The notes beneath the pieces are model-generated. The model had not been told where the DNA came from. It saw nothing but the letters and a program-made list of their open reading frames with translations, and did not search any database. A stretch of DNA of 62,888 nt, the filler included, from Octopus bimaculoides (lineage: Eukaryota): NCBI RefSeq assembly GCF_001194135.2. It is 5 parts of 5 records of this genome, joined end to end, with 100 filler letters (N's around TTAATTAATTAA, not from the genome) between each part and the next. Parts side by side here need not be neighbours in the genome. Positions count along the whole stretch, not along the records: positions 22,899 to 33,918 come from NC_068986.1; positions 34,019 to 50,287 come from NC_068990.1; 3 more parts are not named here. One strand, 5' to 3'. This document shows, one piece after another, positions 24,431 to 36,200 of the stretch; position 1 is the stretch's first letter; each line of letters opens with the position of its first letter. The position numbers were made by a program, and so were the translations under genes.

Positions 24431-25190
24431 ATAGTAGTAGTAGTAGTAGTAGTAGTAGTAAGGCGGTGAACTGACTGGATCGTTTGCATGATGTACAAAA
24501 TACTTAGCAACATTTGTTTCGGCTCTTTACTTTCTGAGTTCAAATTCTGCCCAGCTCATCTTTGCCTTTCATCCTCTTGGCATCGATAACATTAAATTCT
24601 GGTTAAGTACTGGCGTCGATGTATTCAACTAACCCTCTCTTCAAAACTCCTTGCTCTGAGTCAAAATTTGTTTCATTATTGTTGTCGTTATTGATTCGAG
24701 TCTATATCAGATATTTCCATTATTCTTCAAATCATCCAAACAACAAGATTTGGGAATGCGGGATTATTGTTTGTGAGAGGAAAAAAATTTTGAAAGGCTG
24801 GAAATTGTTTACCACAATATATAGAATTAATGGTGGCCTTGTACTATATTATTTAATGGAATCATGGACATGTTGAAACTATTTCAAACGATATAAACAT
24901 TATTCGTTTATAATTTACAGCGAGATAATATGGTCCAGGGCTCATACTGCTTTAGAAAGAAATATGGGATGGTTATGACTTAATCGTTTTTGATTATGTT
25001 TTCTAGATTAAGGTTGACTGGGGTTAGGCAATGATAATAAGAACAACATAACTGTTCTTAACAGATTTGTTTATTTATTTATATATATATTTGTTTAACC
25101 AAAATATTAACAGTAAACGAAGTGCGTTGTGTTTATGTCAATGGTAATTTTTATGGCAAGTCGAAATATAAAAGCAATTTAAATGTTGGT

Positions 25191-25376
25191 TTACTCGTTT
25201 TTTCGTATAAAGGAGGTAAGCATATTAACATTATTTCGTTTCTTTTCTTTTTTTCTCCAGCTTTTTCCCTCAAAAGTATAACTATAAGTATGTGACTCAT
25301 CTTCAGAAGTCATAATATACCCTAGAGTCTCAGACAGTAATGATACCGTAGCTCTGGGGTACTGACCACCCAGGAA
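25191..25376 (-). CDS. Putative terminal exon of unidentified gene B
   Basis: Strong acceptor tttttaatctgcag, then phase-0 open frame FLGGQYPRATVSLLSETLGYIMTSEDESHTYSYTFEGKSWRKKEKKRNNVNMLTSFIRKNE* in non-repetitive sequence. No family recognised. Confidence 0.5.
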   Translation of the reverse strand, partial: FLGGQYPRATVSLLSETLGYIMTSEDESHTYSYTFEGKSWRKKEKKRNNVNMLTSFIRKNE

Positions 25377-26294
25377 CTGCAGATTAAAAACGCAAACAGT
25401 AGTGCAAAACGTGGCAGTAGAGGGATATTCAGGTATCATGGCCTGGATGTGATTCGAACCCCCTAATAGTATAAGGAGTTTACAGTCGAAACACTTGCAT
25501 TAGCGGGGCACTTCTATGAAGACCTCCTGCTGTTCATCTCTCCCTGGAATACTTTACTACCTTTATATATTTAAATTTAATGCTCACTTTGCAGAGTAAA
25601 ACGCTTAGCGGCATTTTGTCCGTTTTTACATTCTACGCTCAAAATCTGCTGAGGTCAACTTTGCCTTCTATCCTTTTGATGAATAAGTACCTGTTGAGTA
25701 CTGAGGGTCGATGTAATCGACAAGCCCCTTCCTTCGAAACTGCTGGCCTTGTGCCAAAATTTGAAGCCAATATTTAATATTTTCTCCCCGCTCCATATCG
25801 ATGGAAAAGTCTCTTTCGGTTACATGTCTTCAGTATAGAGTAATGGAACAGTAGATAATAATAATATGGATTTAAAATTTTGGCACAAGGCCAGCAATTT
25901 CGAAGAAGAGGGAAATCGATTACATCGACCCCAGTCTCAACTGGTGCTTATTTTATAGACCCCCAAAAGGACGGGGTAGGGCACATAAAGACATGAGAAA
26001 TGTCACTAAGCATTTTGCCTGGCGTGCTCACGACTCTGCCAGCTCACCCTCTTAGTTAAGCACTGAAATTTACCAGGTAATTGTCTCCATTTTAAATTTG
26101 ACAGATAAGAAAAGAAAGAAACTGAAATAGTGTCACTTATACTCTCAGAAATAGATAGAAACAATTTTGAATGTACTTATTTCATATTCTGTCGCAATTT
26201 AACCAAAAGCAATTCAAGTTCGAATTCAAGTGTGCTATGGAAATTTATTAACATGAAGGTTTGTCTTTCTGGAGTGAGAAATAATTGAATCAAA

Positions 26295-26680
26295 TCCAAT
26301 GCATGGACTGTCTTTTTGTCTTTGGCTCACAGTGATGGATCCAACACTCATCCTGAGTTAGGAAACGTTCAAGGAAACCAGCTGCATCTACCTTAAACAA
26401 CGTCATAATTTCCCATGATGTGATCAGCCTAGTGCACTTTTGATCAGTTGTCAGAAGACGTAGCACAGAAACGTTCGTGAACAGAAACTTTCATCATACT
26501 AACTTCATTGTGCAGAATATTCTAAACTCTCTCATGGGATATGCCAATAGCGTCTAGCTCTTTGATTTATAGTCAATTGCCTGTTGTCCATCAGCATGTT
26601 GTGAACAAGATTGATGTTTTCCTCGGTGGTGGCAGTTGCAGGACATCCAGACCTTGGATCACCATCAAGACTCCCCCTTT
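26295..26680 (-). pseudogene. Mariner transposase remnant
   Basis: Frameshifted DGDPRSGCPATATTEENINLVHNMLMDNRQLTI (HTH region) followed by decayed SARWVP and DExW regions. Confidence 0.8.
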
Positions 26681-27545
26681 CCCTCCTTAATCCCCTAATG
26701 TAACAACCATATTAGCAGGAATGTCCCGGGTGGTGGTGGTGGTGGTGGTGGTGGGGATAAATCCTTTATCTGCAGGTACTTTATAACACCACGGTGCTAA
26801 ATTCTGTTCATGTTCAAGAGAAGTTGCTACAAGTTACTTCTGAAGTCTTCTTTAAGCAGTCAAATAGTTTACCTGGAAAGAAACAACGCAGTTATTAATA
26901 AAAAGTGTTGAAATTANNNNNNNNNNNNNNNNNNNNNNNNNNNNNNNNNNNNNNNNNNNNNNNNNNNNNNNNNNNNNNNNNNNNNNNNNNNNNNNNNNNN
27001 NNNNNNNNNNNNNNNNNNNNNNNNNNNNNNNNNNNNNNNNNNNNNNNNNNNNNNNNNNNNNNNNNNNNNNNNNNNNNNNNNNNNNNNNNNNNNNNNNNNN
27101 NNNNNNNNNNNNNNNNNNNNNNNNNNNNNNNNNNNNNNNNNNNNNNNNNNNNNNNNNNNNNNNNNNNNNNNNNNNNNNNNNNNNNNNNNNNNNNNNNNNN
27201 NNNNNNNNNNNNNNNNNNNNNNNNNNNNNNNNNNNNNNNNNNNNNNNNNNNNNNNNNNNNNNNNNNNNNNNNNNNNNNNNNNNNNNNNNNNNNNNNNNNN
27301 NNNNNNNNNNNNNNNNNNNNNNNNNNNNNNNNNNNNNNNNNNNNNNNNNNNNNNNNNNNNNNNNNNNNNNNNNNNNNNNNNNNNNNNNNNNNNNNNNNNN
27401 NNNNNNNNNNNNNNNNNNNNNNNNNNNNNNNNNNNNNNNNNNNNNNNNNNNNNNNNNNNNNNNNNNNNNNNNNGGCACATTGGGCAAGTGTCTTCTACTG
27501 TAGTCTTGTGAGTAGATTTGGTAGAAGGTAACTGCAAGAACCCCG

Positions 27546-27589
<44 letters not shown>

Positions 27590-28031
27590 AAATGGAGAAA
27601 CTGCCACATAACAGAGTATATATATATATTTGTGTGTGTGTGTGTGTGTGTGTGTGTGATGTATATGTACGTGTGTGTGTCTTTGTGTCTGTGTTTGTCA
27701 CCCTCTGCCGCTTAAAACCGGTGTTGTTGTGTTTACGTCCCCATACCTGAGAGGTTCGGCAAAAGCGACTGATAGAATATGTACCAGGCTTTAATAAAAA
27801 TAAGTACTTGGGTCGATTCATTGAACTAAAAGTCCTTCAAGACGGTGCTGCAGCATGGCCACATTCAAATGACTGAAGCAAGTGAAGGATTATACTTACA
27901 TACATGCATACATTTATTTATTCATTCATTCATTAGTTGGGCAGGGGCGCTGTACATTTTTCAGGGTTGCCACTTCTTTGTCGACGGCGTGAAATATAAC
28001 CATTGTGAGAATTTTTACGTGGGCGTTCAAC

Positions 28032-28088
28032 CTGCAACAATTCTTTCATGTGTTCCATAATGGAGCATTTGAATTCCTTAATCACTTC
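28032..28088 (-). CDS. Putative internal exon of gene B (or 5' part of an alternative terminal exon to 27933)
   Basis: atatccgtttag|EVIKEFKCSIMEHMKELLQ|gttgaa. Only the phase-0 frame is open, as the flanking exons require. The donor is weak, and the frame stays open to TAA at 27933-27935. Confidence 0.4.
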
Positions 28089-28889
28089 CTAAACGGATAT
28101 GTCTTTGTAATGAATATTTATGTCCCCATTTTATGTCTAATATACAAAGTTATATATGTTCAACTGAGGAAGCTCTGTCTGCTAATGCCTATTATATCTT
28201 TCAAGAACATATTTCTCTCTCAAGAAAGACGTTAACAACGTATTTCTGTAGTTGTGCACAACCGTAGAAATATTTCTACTGCTACTACTGTTGTCGTTGT
28301 TGTTACTGGTTAGCCCCAACGTCAGATCAAGACCATATTAAGTCAATGAGCAAGAGCATTCCAGCCATGACCATCGCGTTTTTTTGTACTTATATAATGG
28401 ATCTTAGACTATATTGCTCATTATGTCTATGCTGAAGTGTCATGACATCTTGGATAATATGACCATCCCGCCTTTTTTTACTGGCAAGATAAATATAATA
28501 CTATATTATCCGATATGTCGTGGTGGCTCAGCAATGTCATATTAGATAATATGACTAGAACATCTTTTCCCAGTGTACAGAGCACTTTGAAACGCTTTAT
28601 CCAATGATCATAGAGTGTAAATTGAGTAAGATCTGGCTATTATTATTAATAGATGAAACGCCTATGTAGAGGCCCCTCTGCTGGAAGGTATTCCTACTAT
28701 TGTATATACTACTATAGGAATATTTTTCTACTGTACTCACCTGTATTTCTTGATGCTACTAGAGGTGATTCTAGACATAAACTGGCAGTGTTGCTTGAGG
28801 GATAGAATGCCTCACGGAATTTGTTTCGACACGTTGTTCTCTGAGTTCAAATTCCACTTTGGCCAATATATATATATATGTATATATAC

Positions 28890-28961
<72 letters not shown>

Positions 28962-29085
28962 TTTGGATGGTGGAATGATAAAAAAGGACTAATTCAGGTC
29001 GGTGGACCCGGAAACCGATCCAGATCGCTGACCCAGAAACCTTGTTACATGTCTCCGCTCCTTGTGTTCTGAGTTCATATCTCAC

Positions 29086-29269
29086 CGTGGCCTGCTTGGA
29101 AATTAGACTTAATCCATTATCCGGTTTAACAATACCGTCAGGCACCTTGTCTATCTCTAACGGAGTCTCCACTGTTGCAAGTACTCGGATCAGATTTCCA
29201 GTTTGAGGATCCTTCGTTCCTCCAAGCCACCAGTCTTGGAAATCCTTGTAAAAGACTCTGTCTTCCCTT
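29086..29269 (-). CDS. Putative internal exon of gene B, uncharacterised protein
   Basis: ttttttagtattttag acceptor and ACG|gtgaga donor. Single open frame (R)EDRVFYKDFQDWWLGGTKDPQTGNLIRVLATVETPLEIDKVPDGIVKPDNGLSLISKQAT with protein-like composition. Start is 29269 or 29266 (NAGNAG). Confidence 0.65.
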
Positions 29270-30435
29270 CTAAAATACTAAAAAATAGCAACATATGATA
29301 AGAACAAATATCTAAGCTCAATGTGGTAGCTCAAACAGCGTTACGTAGCAGCCAAATCGCCTCGCATCGCCCAACCGACTTAAAATAGAAACAACACCTA
29401 GAATAATGTAGTTTTGAGCACATTGCGCTTAATAAAAGGACTGAAATATCATAGTTGGAAGGATTTTGATCATAGGTATGCTCAGGGAGGGCCGGTTTGG
29501 TGTTAAACAACAACATATTTAGAAACTCCAGTGTATTTGCGACAGCGGTTATTGACAAATTAAATATTTTGTTCTTTTAAGGATCAGCCAAATTAGTAAG
29601 GGCAGCACTCATATTTTTTTTTCTGGGTTTCCATACTGATAAGACGAAGGGAAATTATCCACTGACCGGAAACTTGGACCGAATATTTGTATCAATTGTC
29701 TCAGCTGAAGGCACTCAAGAAGACTGGAGTAATGTGAAATAAAGTGCCTTGCTTAAGGAACAAACGTACTGCCCGGTCCAGAAATCGAACCCGTGACCTT
29801 ATAATCCATAACCACTAGGCCGTGAACCTTCATAGTAGATAATTTATTTCTTCATAATCCTCCAGAGAGACGATAAGGCTACAGTTGTGACTGTCTTTCT
29901 TTTTTTTTTTACTATAAGTTTGCTATATCTTAGTCTAAACAGAAGATAAACAACTTCAGAACCAACAAAATCTTGTTAAATCTAATGTCGAATTATTGAA
30001 CGCCTTAAGTTCAAGATCCCTTTGGAAAGTAGAGGCAAATATGTCACAATTCTCAAAAGAACTATGTTACTTATAATGTTAATGGCATGACCAGTCTTCA
30101 ATCGATAAATGCTGATAAGATTTCGTTTACTTTAAGCGGAACGGTACATAAAACCACCAAAAATTTCATTATCTTGGTATAATATAAAAGAAGGTAACAG
30201 AAGTGGGATTTTTATTTTATGAGTATAAAGTAAAAGATAAAAGCAGATGTGCTTTATTTCTGAGATATAATATAAACTTACTGGCTGTAAAAGCATGGAA
30301 TGGATTTATAAGAACACATTGAAAAAGATGATGTATTGAAACGAGTGCAGAATAGGAATTTCTGCAATAAACAATAAAATACATTCACAAACACCAAAAT
30401 GTTGTCGAAATCACTACATTGCTATCTCCTCCCTA

Positions 30436-30469
<34 letters not shown>

Positions 30470-30592
30470 ATACACACACACATACACAAACGTACATATA
30501 AATAAATAAATGAATATATATATATATACACATGCATAATATGTACATACATGCATACATTCATACACATATGTATAAATACATATATTTAG

Positions 30593-30623
<31 letters not shown>

Positions 30624-31277
30624 ATACGTTTGGATGTATAAAAGAGAGTACACTATGTGAAGTAGAATGTATTTATTCGTTCAATGCTGATGGTTCAACG
30701 CGTCACTCCAATTCCTAACCGTCGAGATACGAACAAACGACCGCGTTCTTGATTGAATATGCCAGCAATTGGTGACCTAGGCTTTCTAACAGTCATGTTT
30801 CTAACTAAAGACATTTTTTTCTTAAATTAAGTTGACATGTAACTGACTAAACAGACATTTTTCCTTCTGATTAAATATTTTCTTTTTTTCATCGAATATC
30901 ACAACACATATTTAAAGGCATATTTTTATGCAAGTTTGTTTACAGACTCAGTAATGTCTCCTCCACTGTTCTACAGCTTTGTTTTCGATACTAAAGACGA
31001 AATTTTAAACCTGTGCTCTCTTACTATTATTACTACCATTACACTAATAACATCATTTATTTAGGTTATTTAAAAAATTTTGGGATGGTAGAGTATATGT
31101 TTTCAGTAAGCCGTAAGCTTAAAGCCTCATGGTTTAACAATCCAGTTCACTATTTTCCACAGTTAGAAGCACAGTTTCTGACACAATATAAGACCGAGAC
31201 TGCAATTTTCTCCTTCGTAACTACTTTTGCCTCAGTCAGAAATAAAGAAACTTTGTCAATTATGACATAGCAATTAC

Positions 31278-31389
31278 CAGTCATGCGAAACATTGACTAT
31301 CTCAACGGCGGCAGCAGTATCAGTGTCTCTTACACGGGAAGTCTCAAAGCGAGAAAATACGACAAATGTGGAATCACTCTCTCTCTCGA
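31278..31389 (-). CDS. Putative gene B exon, copy 1 (identical to 32533-32644)
   Basis: cttttcttgttttcag|TC ERESDSTFVVFSRFETSRVRDTDTAAAVEIVNVSHD TG|gtaatt. 112 bp, phase 1 to 2. Lies in a block duplicated across a gap. Confidence 0.4.
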
Positions 31390-32532
31390 CTGAAAACAAG
31401 AAAAGAAAAAAAGGAACATCTAAATTTCAAGAATCACGGTTTTAGTTGCTTTATTTTTCGTATATACATATATAACATATATATATATATATATATATAT
31501 ATGTTATATATNNNNNNNNNNNNNNNNNNNNNNNNNNNNNNNNNNNNNNNNNNNNNNNNNNNNNNNNNNNNNNNNNNNNNNNNNNNNNNNNNNNNNNNNN
31601 NNNNNNNNNNNNNNNNNNNNNNNNNNNNNNNNNNNNNNNNNNNNNNNNNNNNNNNNNNNNNNNNNNNNNNNNNNNNNNNNNNNNNNNNNNNNNNNNNNNN
31701 NNNNNNNNNNNNNNNNNNNNNNNNNNNNNNNNNNNNNNNNNNNNNNNNNNNNNNNNNNNNNNNNNNNNNNNNNNNNNNNNNNNNNNNNNNNNNNNNNNNN
31801 NNNNNNNNNNNNNNNNNNNNNNNNNNNNNNNNNNNNNNNNNNNNNNNNNNNNNNNNNNNNNNNNNNNNNNNNNNNNNNNNNNNNNNNNNNNNNNNNNNNN
31901 NNNNNNNNNNNNNNNNNNNNNNNNNNNNNNNNNNNNNNNNNNNNNNNNNNNNNNNNNNNNNNNNNNNNNNNNNNNNNNNNNNNNNNNNNNNNNNNNNNNN
32001 NNNNNNNNNNNNNNNNNNNNNNNNNNNNNNNNNNNNNNNNNNNNNNNNNNNNNNNNNNNNNNNNNNNNNNNNNNNNNNNNNNNNNNNNNNNNNNNNNNNN
32101 NNNNNNNNNNNNNNNNNNNNNNNNNNNNNNNNNNNNNNNNNNNNNNNNNNNNNNNNNNNNNNNNNNNNNNNNNNNNNNNNNNNNNNNNNNNNNNNNNNNN
32201 NNNNNNNNNNNNNNNNNNNNNNNNNNNNNNNNNNNNNNNNNNNNNNNNNNNNNNNNNNNNNNNNNNNNNNNNNNNNNNNNNNNNNNNNNNNNNNNNNNNN
32301 NNNNNNNNNNNNNNNNNNNNNNNNNNNNNNNNNNNNNNNNNNNNNNNNNNNNNNNNNNNNNNNNNNNNNNNNNNNNNNNNNNNNNNNNNNNNNNNNNNNN
32401 NNNNNNNNNNNNNNNNNNNNNNNNNNNNNNNNNNNNNNNNNNNNNNNNNNNNNNNNNNNNNNNNNNNNNNNNNNNNNNNNNNNNNNNCAGTCAGAAATAA
32501 AGAAACTTTGTCAATTATGACATAGCAATTAC

Positions 32533-32644
32533 CAGTCATGCGAAACATTGACTATCTCAACGGCGGCAGCAGTATCAGTGTCTCTTACACGGGAAGTCTC
32601 AAAGCGAGAAAATACGACAAATGTGGAATCACTCTCTCTCTCGA
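32533..32644 (-). CDS. Putative gene B exon, copy 2
   Basis: Same sequence and splice sites as 31278-31389 (offset 1255 bp). Confidence 0.45.
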
Positions 32645-32942
32645 CTGAAAACAAGAAAAGAAAAAAAGGAACATCTAAATTTCAAGAATCACGGTTTTAG
32701 TTGCTTTATTTTTCGTATATACATATATAACATATATATATATATATACATATATACGACAGGCTTATTTCAGTTTCTGTCTACCAAATCCACTCACAAG
32801 GGTTTGGTCGGCCCGAGGCTATAGTAGAAGACACTTGCCCAAGGTGCCACGCAGTGGGAATGAACCCGGAACCATGTGGTTGGTAAGCAAGCTACTTACC
32901 ACACAGCTACTCCTGCGCCTATGTATGTATGTATGTACATAC

Positions 32943-32989
32943 TCATCGACCACAACCCAGTGACAAGTATTTTCTCGTAATTGCTTTCT
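32943..32989 (-). CDS. Putative small upstream exon of gene B
   Basis: ccatctcag|A ESNYEKILVTGLWSM A|gtatgt. 47 bp, ends in phase 1, which fits the next exon (A+TC = Ile). Short, so could be chance. Confidence 0.3.
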
Positions 32990-33072
32990 CTGAGATGGAT
33001 TTACGATAATGCATATTCAATTTTGATTTGTTTAACAAACACATTAACAGACTACACGTAACAACTTATACA

Positions 33073-33875
33073 TATTTGGCTGAGTCAAAAGTTTTTTCGT
33101 ATTTCAAGCTTTAATTAGTTCAAACGGATTACATAGCAAAAGCGTTCATTTATCAAAATATAGCTCAGCATATTCTATTGTCTGTTACCATCGTTATGCC
33201 AGAAGCTCAGTTCCACGCTTATAACATTTGGCTTGTGTAGAGGCCAAAAACTCCCTGCACCCATTTTATACCTCACGCATACTGTTGAATCTCCATCCAT
33301 GCAGTAAATTAGCCATGACTCGCAAAAGGTGGTAACCTCGTAGTGCAAGGTCTTGACTGTAGTCGGTAAGGTAACATTTCCAGCCCCTCAGCTTCCTCAA
33401 GTTTGCGCTTGATCACATTGGCATTGTGTTCTTGGGCATTGTCATGTTGTAGGAGCGCACGTCTTGGATTAACCAGTGGCGAATAGCAGGCTTTCAAAGC
33501 ATCCTAAACTTGCTGCAGTTGGTGCACATAAAGTTTTACGTTCACAGTATAACCATCTAGTTCAAAGTGTCACACTCTCTCCAAATTCCACCAAATACAC
33601 AACATGACTGTTTGTTCAAATTGCTCTTGTTTTACAACAGGTCCTGAAGCCTGAACGGAACGATGCCACTGGTTTCTTTTAAGATTACGAAAATAGATTC
33701 ACTTTTCATCCCCATTTACAATTCGACGCCAACAGCGGGCATCTCGAGGATTTGCCAGCAGTTGTTCTCGCGTCGTTTAGCCTGGTCATTGGTCAATTCA
33801 TGAGGAGCTTCTTGACAGTATCTGTTCACAAGGTCGAGCTTATAGAGGTGTCGACTGATGGTGCTTTGTGAAGCA
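33073..33875 (-). pseudogene. Mariner (Mos1-like) transposon remnant
   Basis: Fragments RHLYKLDLVNRYCQEAPHELT and LLQHDNAQEHNANVIKRKL..LEMLPY. TIR-like end tatttggctgagtcaaaagttttttcg near 33073. Confidence 0.85.
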
Positions 33876-33880
33876 CAAGT

Positions 33881-33918
<38 letters not shown>

Positions 33919-34683
33919 NNNNNNNNNNNNNNNNNNNNNNNNNNNNNNNNNNNNNNNNNNNNTTAATTAATTAANNNNNNNNNNNNNNNNNNNNNNNNNN
34001 NNNNNNNNNNNNNNNNNNATATATATATATATACAGAAATTGGGTACGGTGGAACACCTGCGTACTGAGCATCCACACACATAAATATATACAGACGCAC
34101 GCGCAAACTCGTTCCCCCACACATACATACATTCAATTACACACTGACATACACACACATAAACACACCATGAACGTGTGTGACATGACTTCATTTGCTA
34201 GTTTCTCTACGTTTCAGCCATCGTCATTGAATTTCATTATATTATACTTTAATCAAGAATTAATTTTATTTTCATTCTTAATGCCTAACATGACAGCAGT
34301 GTTGGGTTTATATTTATGAAACGTCTCTTTATACACAGACACAAACACACACACATACAAATGCTTGCGCACACACATACACATACATGTACCTCTACAT
34401 AAACACATAATTATACATATACATATATATATATATGTGTGTGTGTGTATGTGTGTGTATGTGTGTGTATGTGTGTGTGTGTCTGTATGTTTATGTGCGC
34501 GTGTGTGTGTGTATGAGTCTATGTCTCTGGATCTAAATAAATACGTGCATTCAACTACTGGTATTTACAGGTACGTATGTATATATGTATGTATGCATGT
34601 ATGTGTGTAAGTTCATATGCATATTTGTATATATGTATGCGTGTATGTATGTGTATGTTTATGTGTATATATATGTATATATA

Positions 34684-34721
<38 letters not shown>

Positions 34722-35649
34722 NNNNNNNNNNNNNNNNNNNNNNNNNNNNNNNNNNNNNNNNNNNNNNNNNNNNNNNNNNNNNNNNNNNNNNNNNNNNNNN
34801 NNNNNNNNNNNNNNNNNNNNNNNNNNNNNNNNNNNNNNNNNNNNNNNNNNNNNNNNNNNNNNNNNNNNNNNNNNNNNNNNNNNNNNNNNNNNNNNNNNNN
34901 NNNNNNNNNNNNNNNNNNNNNNNNNNNNNNNNNNNNNNNNNNNNNNNNNNNNNNNNNNNNNNNNNNNNNNNNNNNNNNNNNNNNNNNNNNNNNNNNNNNN
35001 NNNNNNNNNNNNNNNNNNNNNNNNNNNNNNNNNNNNNNNNNNNNNNNNNNNNNNNNNNNNNNNNNNNNNNNNNNNNNNNNNNNNNNNNNNNNNNNNNNNN
35101 NNNNNNNNNNNNNNNNNNNNNNNNNNNNNNCACACACATATATATATATATACATATATACGACAGGCTTCTTTCAGTTTCCGTCTACCAAATCCACTCA
35201 CAAGGCTTTGGTCGGCCCGAGGCTATAGTAGAAGACACTTGCCCAAGATGCCACGCAGTGGGACTGAACCCGGGACCATGTGGTTGGTAAGCAAGCTACT
35301 TACCACACAGCCACTCCTACGCCTATTATATATATATATATCAAAACCAGGTGAGCCAGTAAGCTATTTTCATTCAAGATTTATTGAATTCGAATTTACT
35401 ATCAATAGACGAAAATAATATAATAAAATAACTGACGTTACTCTGGGGAAATAAGTTCGTGAGAAAATTTAATCAAGTGAAAATTGCAAGTCAGGGTTAC
35501 ATTTCTTGCGTTATTTTCTGACAACTCTATATTTTTACATCACGATATATAAGTTATATAAGTGACATCTTATAAAAACGATGATCTTTTACAGCAGAGT
35601 TTCAGAAAAATTAATAACGAATGATCGAGAAAGTGGATGATAAAACTGA

Positions 35650-36200
35650 TATGAAATAACTGTTTCTAATTCAGTTTGGAATAGCAGGCTCTGTCTTTAG
35701 GAGCCTCAGAAACGCCTGGCAATTTAATCAGATAGAAGCAAGTTAGTTTTCTAAGAAGCAAGATAGTTTCGCATAATTCTTCGGTCATCCCAGTTGCCAT
35801 TTATGTCAGCGAAGATGACAGCAAGATTTCTTCACAAGCTAGAACAGTATTCAAACAGAAACTCATTAACATTTGTTTGCAAGACAGAATAACCAATGAA
35901 GAAGTCTATAAGAGAACCAAGCAGAAACCTCTAAGCATCACAGCGAAAGATCGTCGTCTGAGGTTTCTTGGACAGTCTTTACAATGCCATGAACAAGATA
36001 CCCAAATCTCTCCCTCGACTGGAACCCAGAAGGAAGTGAAAAAAGGTAACTTGGTGCCCATTAATAATATGGAAGAGTTCTGAAGGACTAGATTCTTCAG
36101 AGCTTTTCTAAATGCAGAGGAATTGAGCTTTGAGGATGACAAATATCTTTCAGAAGACTGCAAACGATGGAGATCTTTTGCATGTCCGATATAGAATAAG
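35650..36200 (+). pseudogene. RTE-like LINE C-terminal remnant
   Basis: IAGSVFRSLRNAW..QDRITNEEVYKRTKQKPLSITAKDRRLRFLG..DCKRWRS, the typical RTE post-RT segment. Confidence 0.75.

Noticed and set aside
24850-25190. SECIS element supporting selenocysteine at the TG|A junction
   Set aside because: No AUGA-stem-AA-stem-GA arrangement with correct spacing was seen downstream of either candidate stop.
29230-29262. Gene B as an MBOAT/ACAT from the DRVFYKD..WW similarity
   Set aside because: Motif spacing differs (FYKDFQDWW versus FYxDWWN) and the flanks lack MBOAT transmembrane segments.
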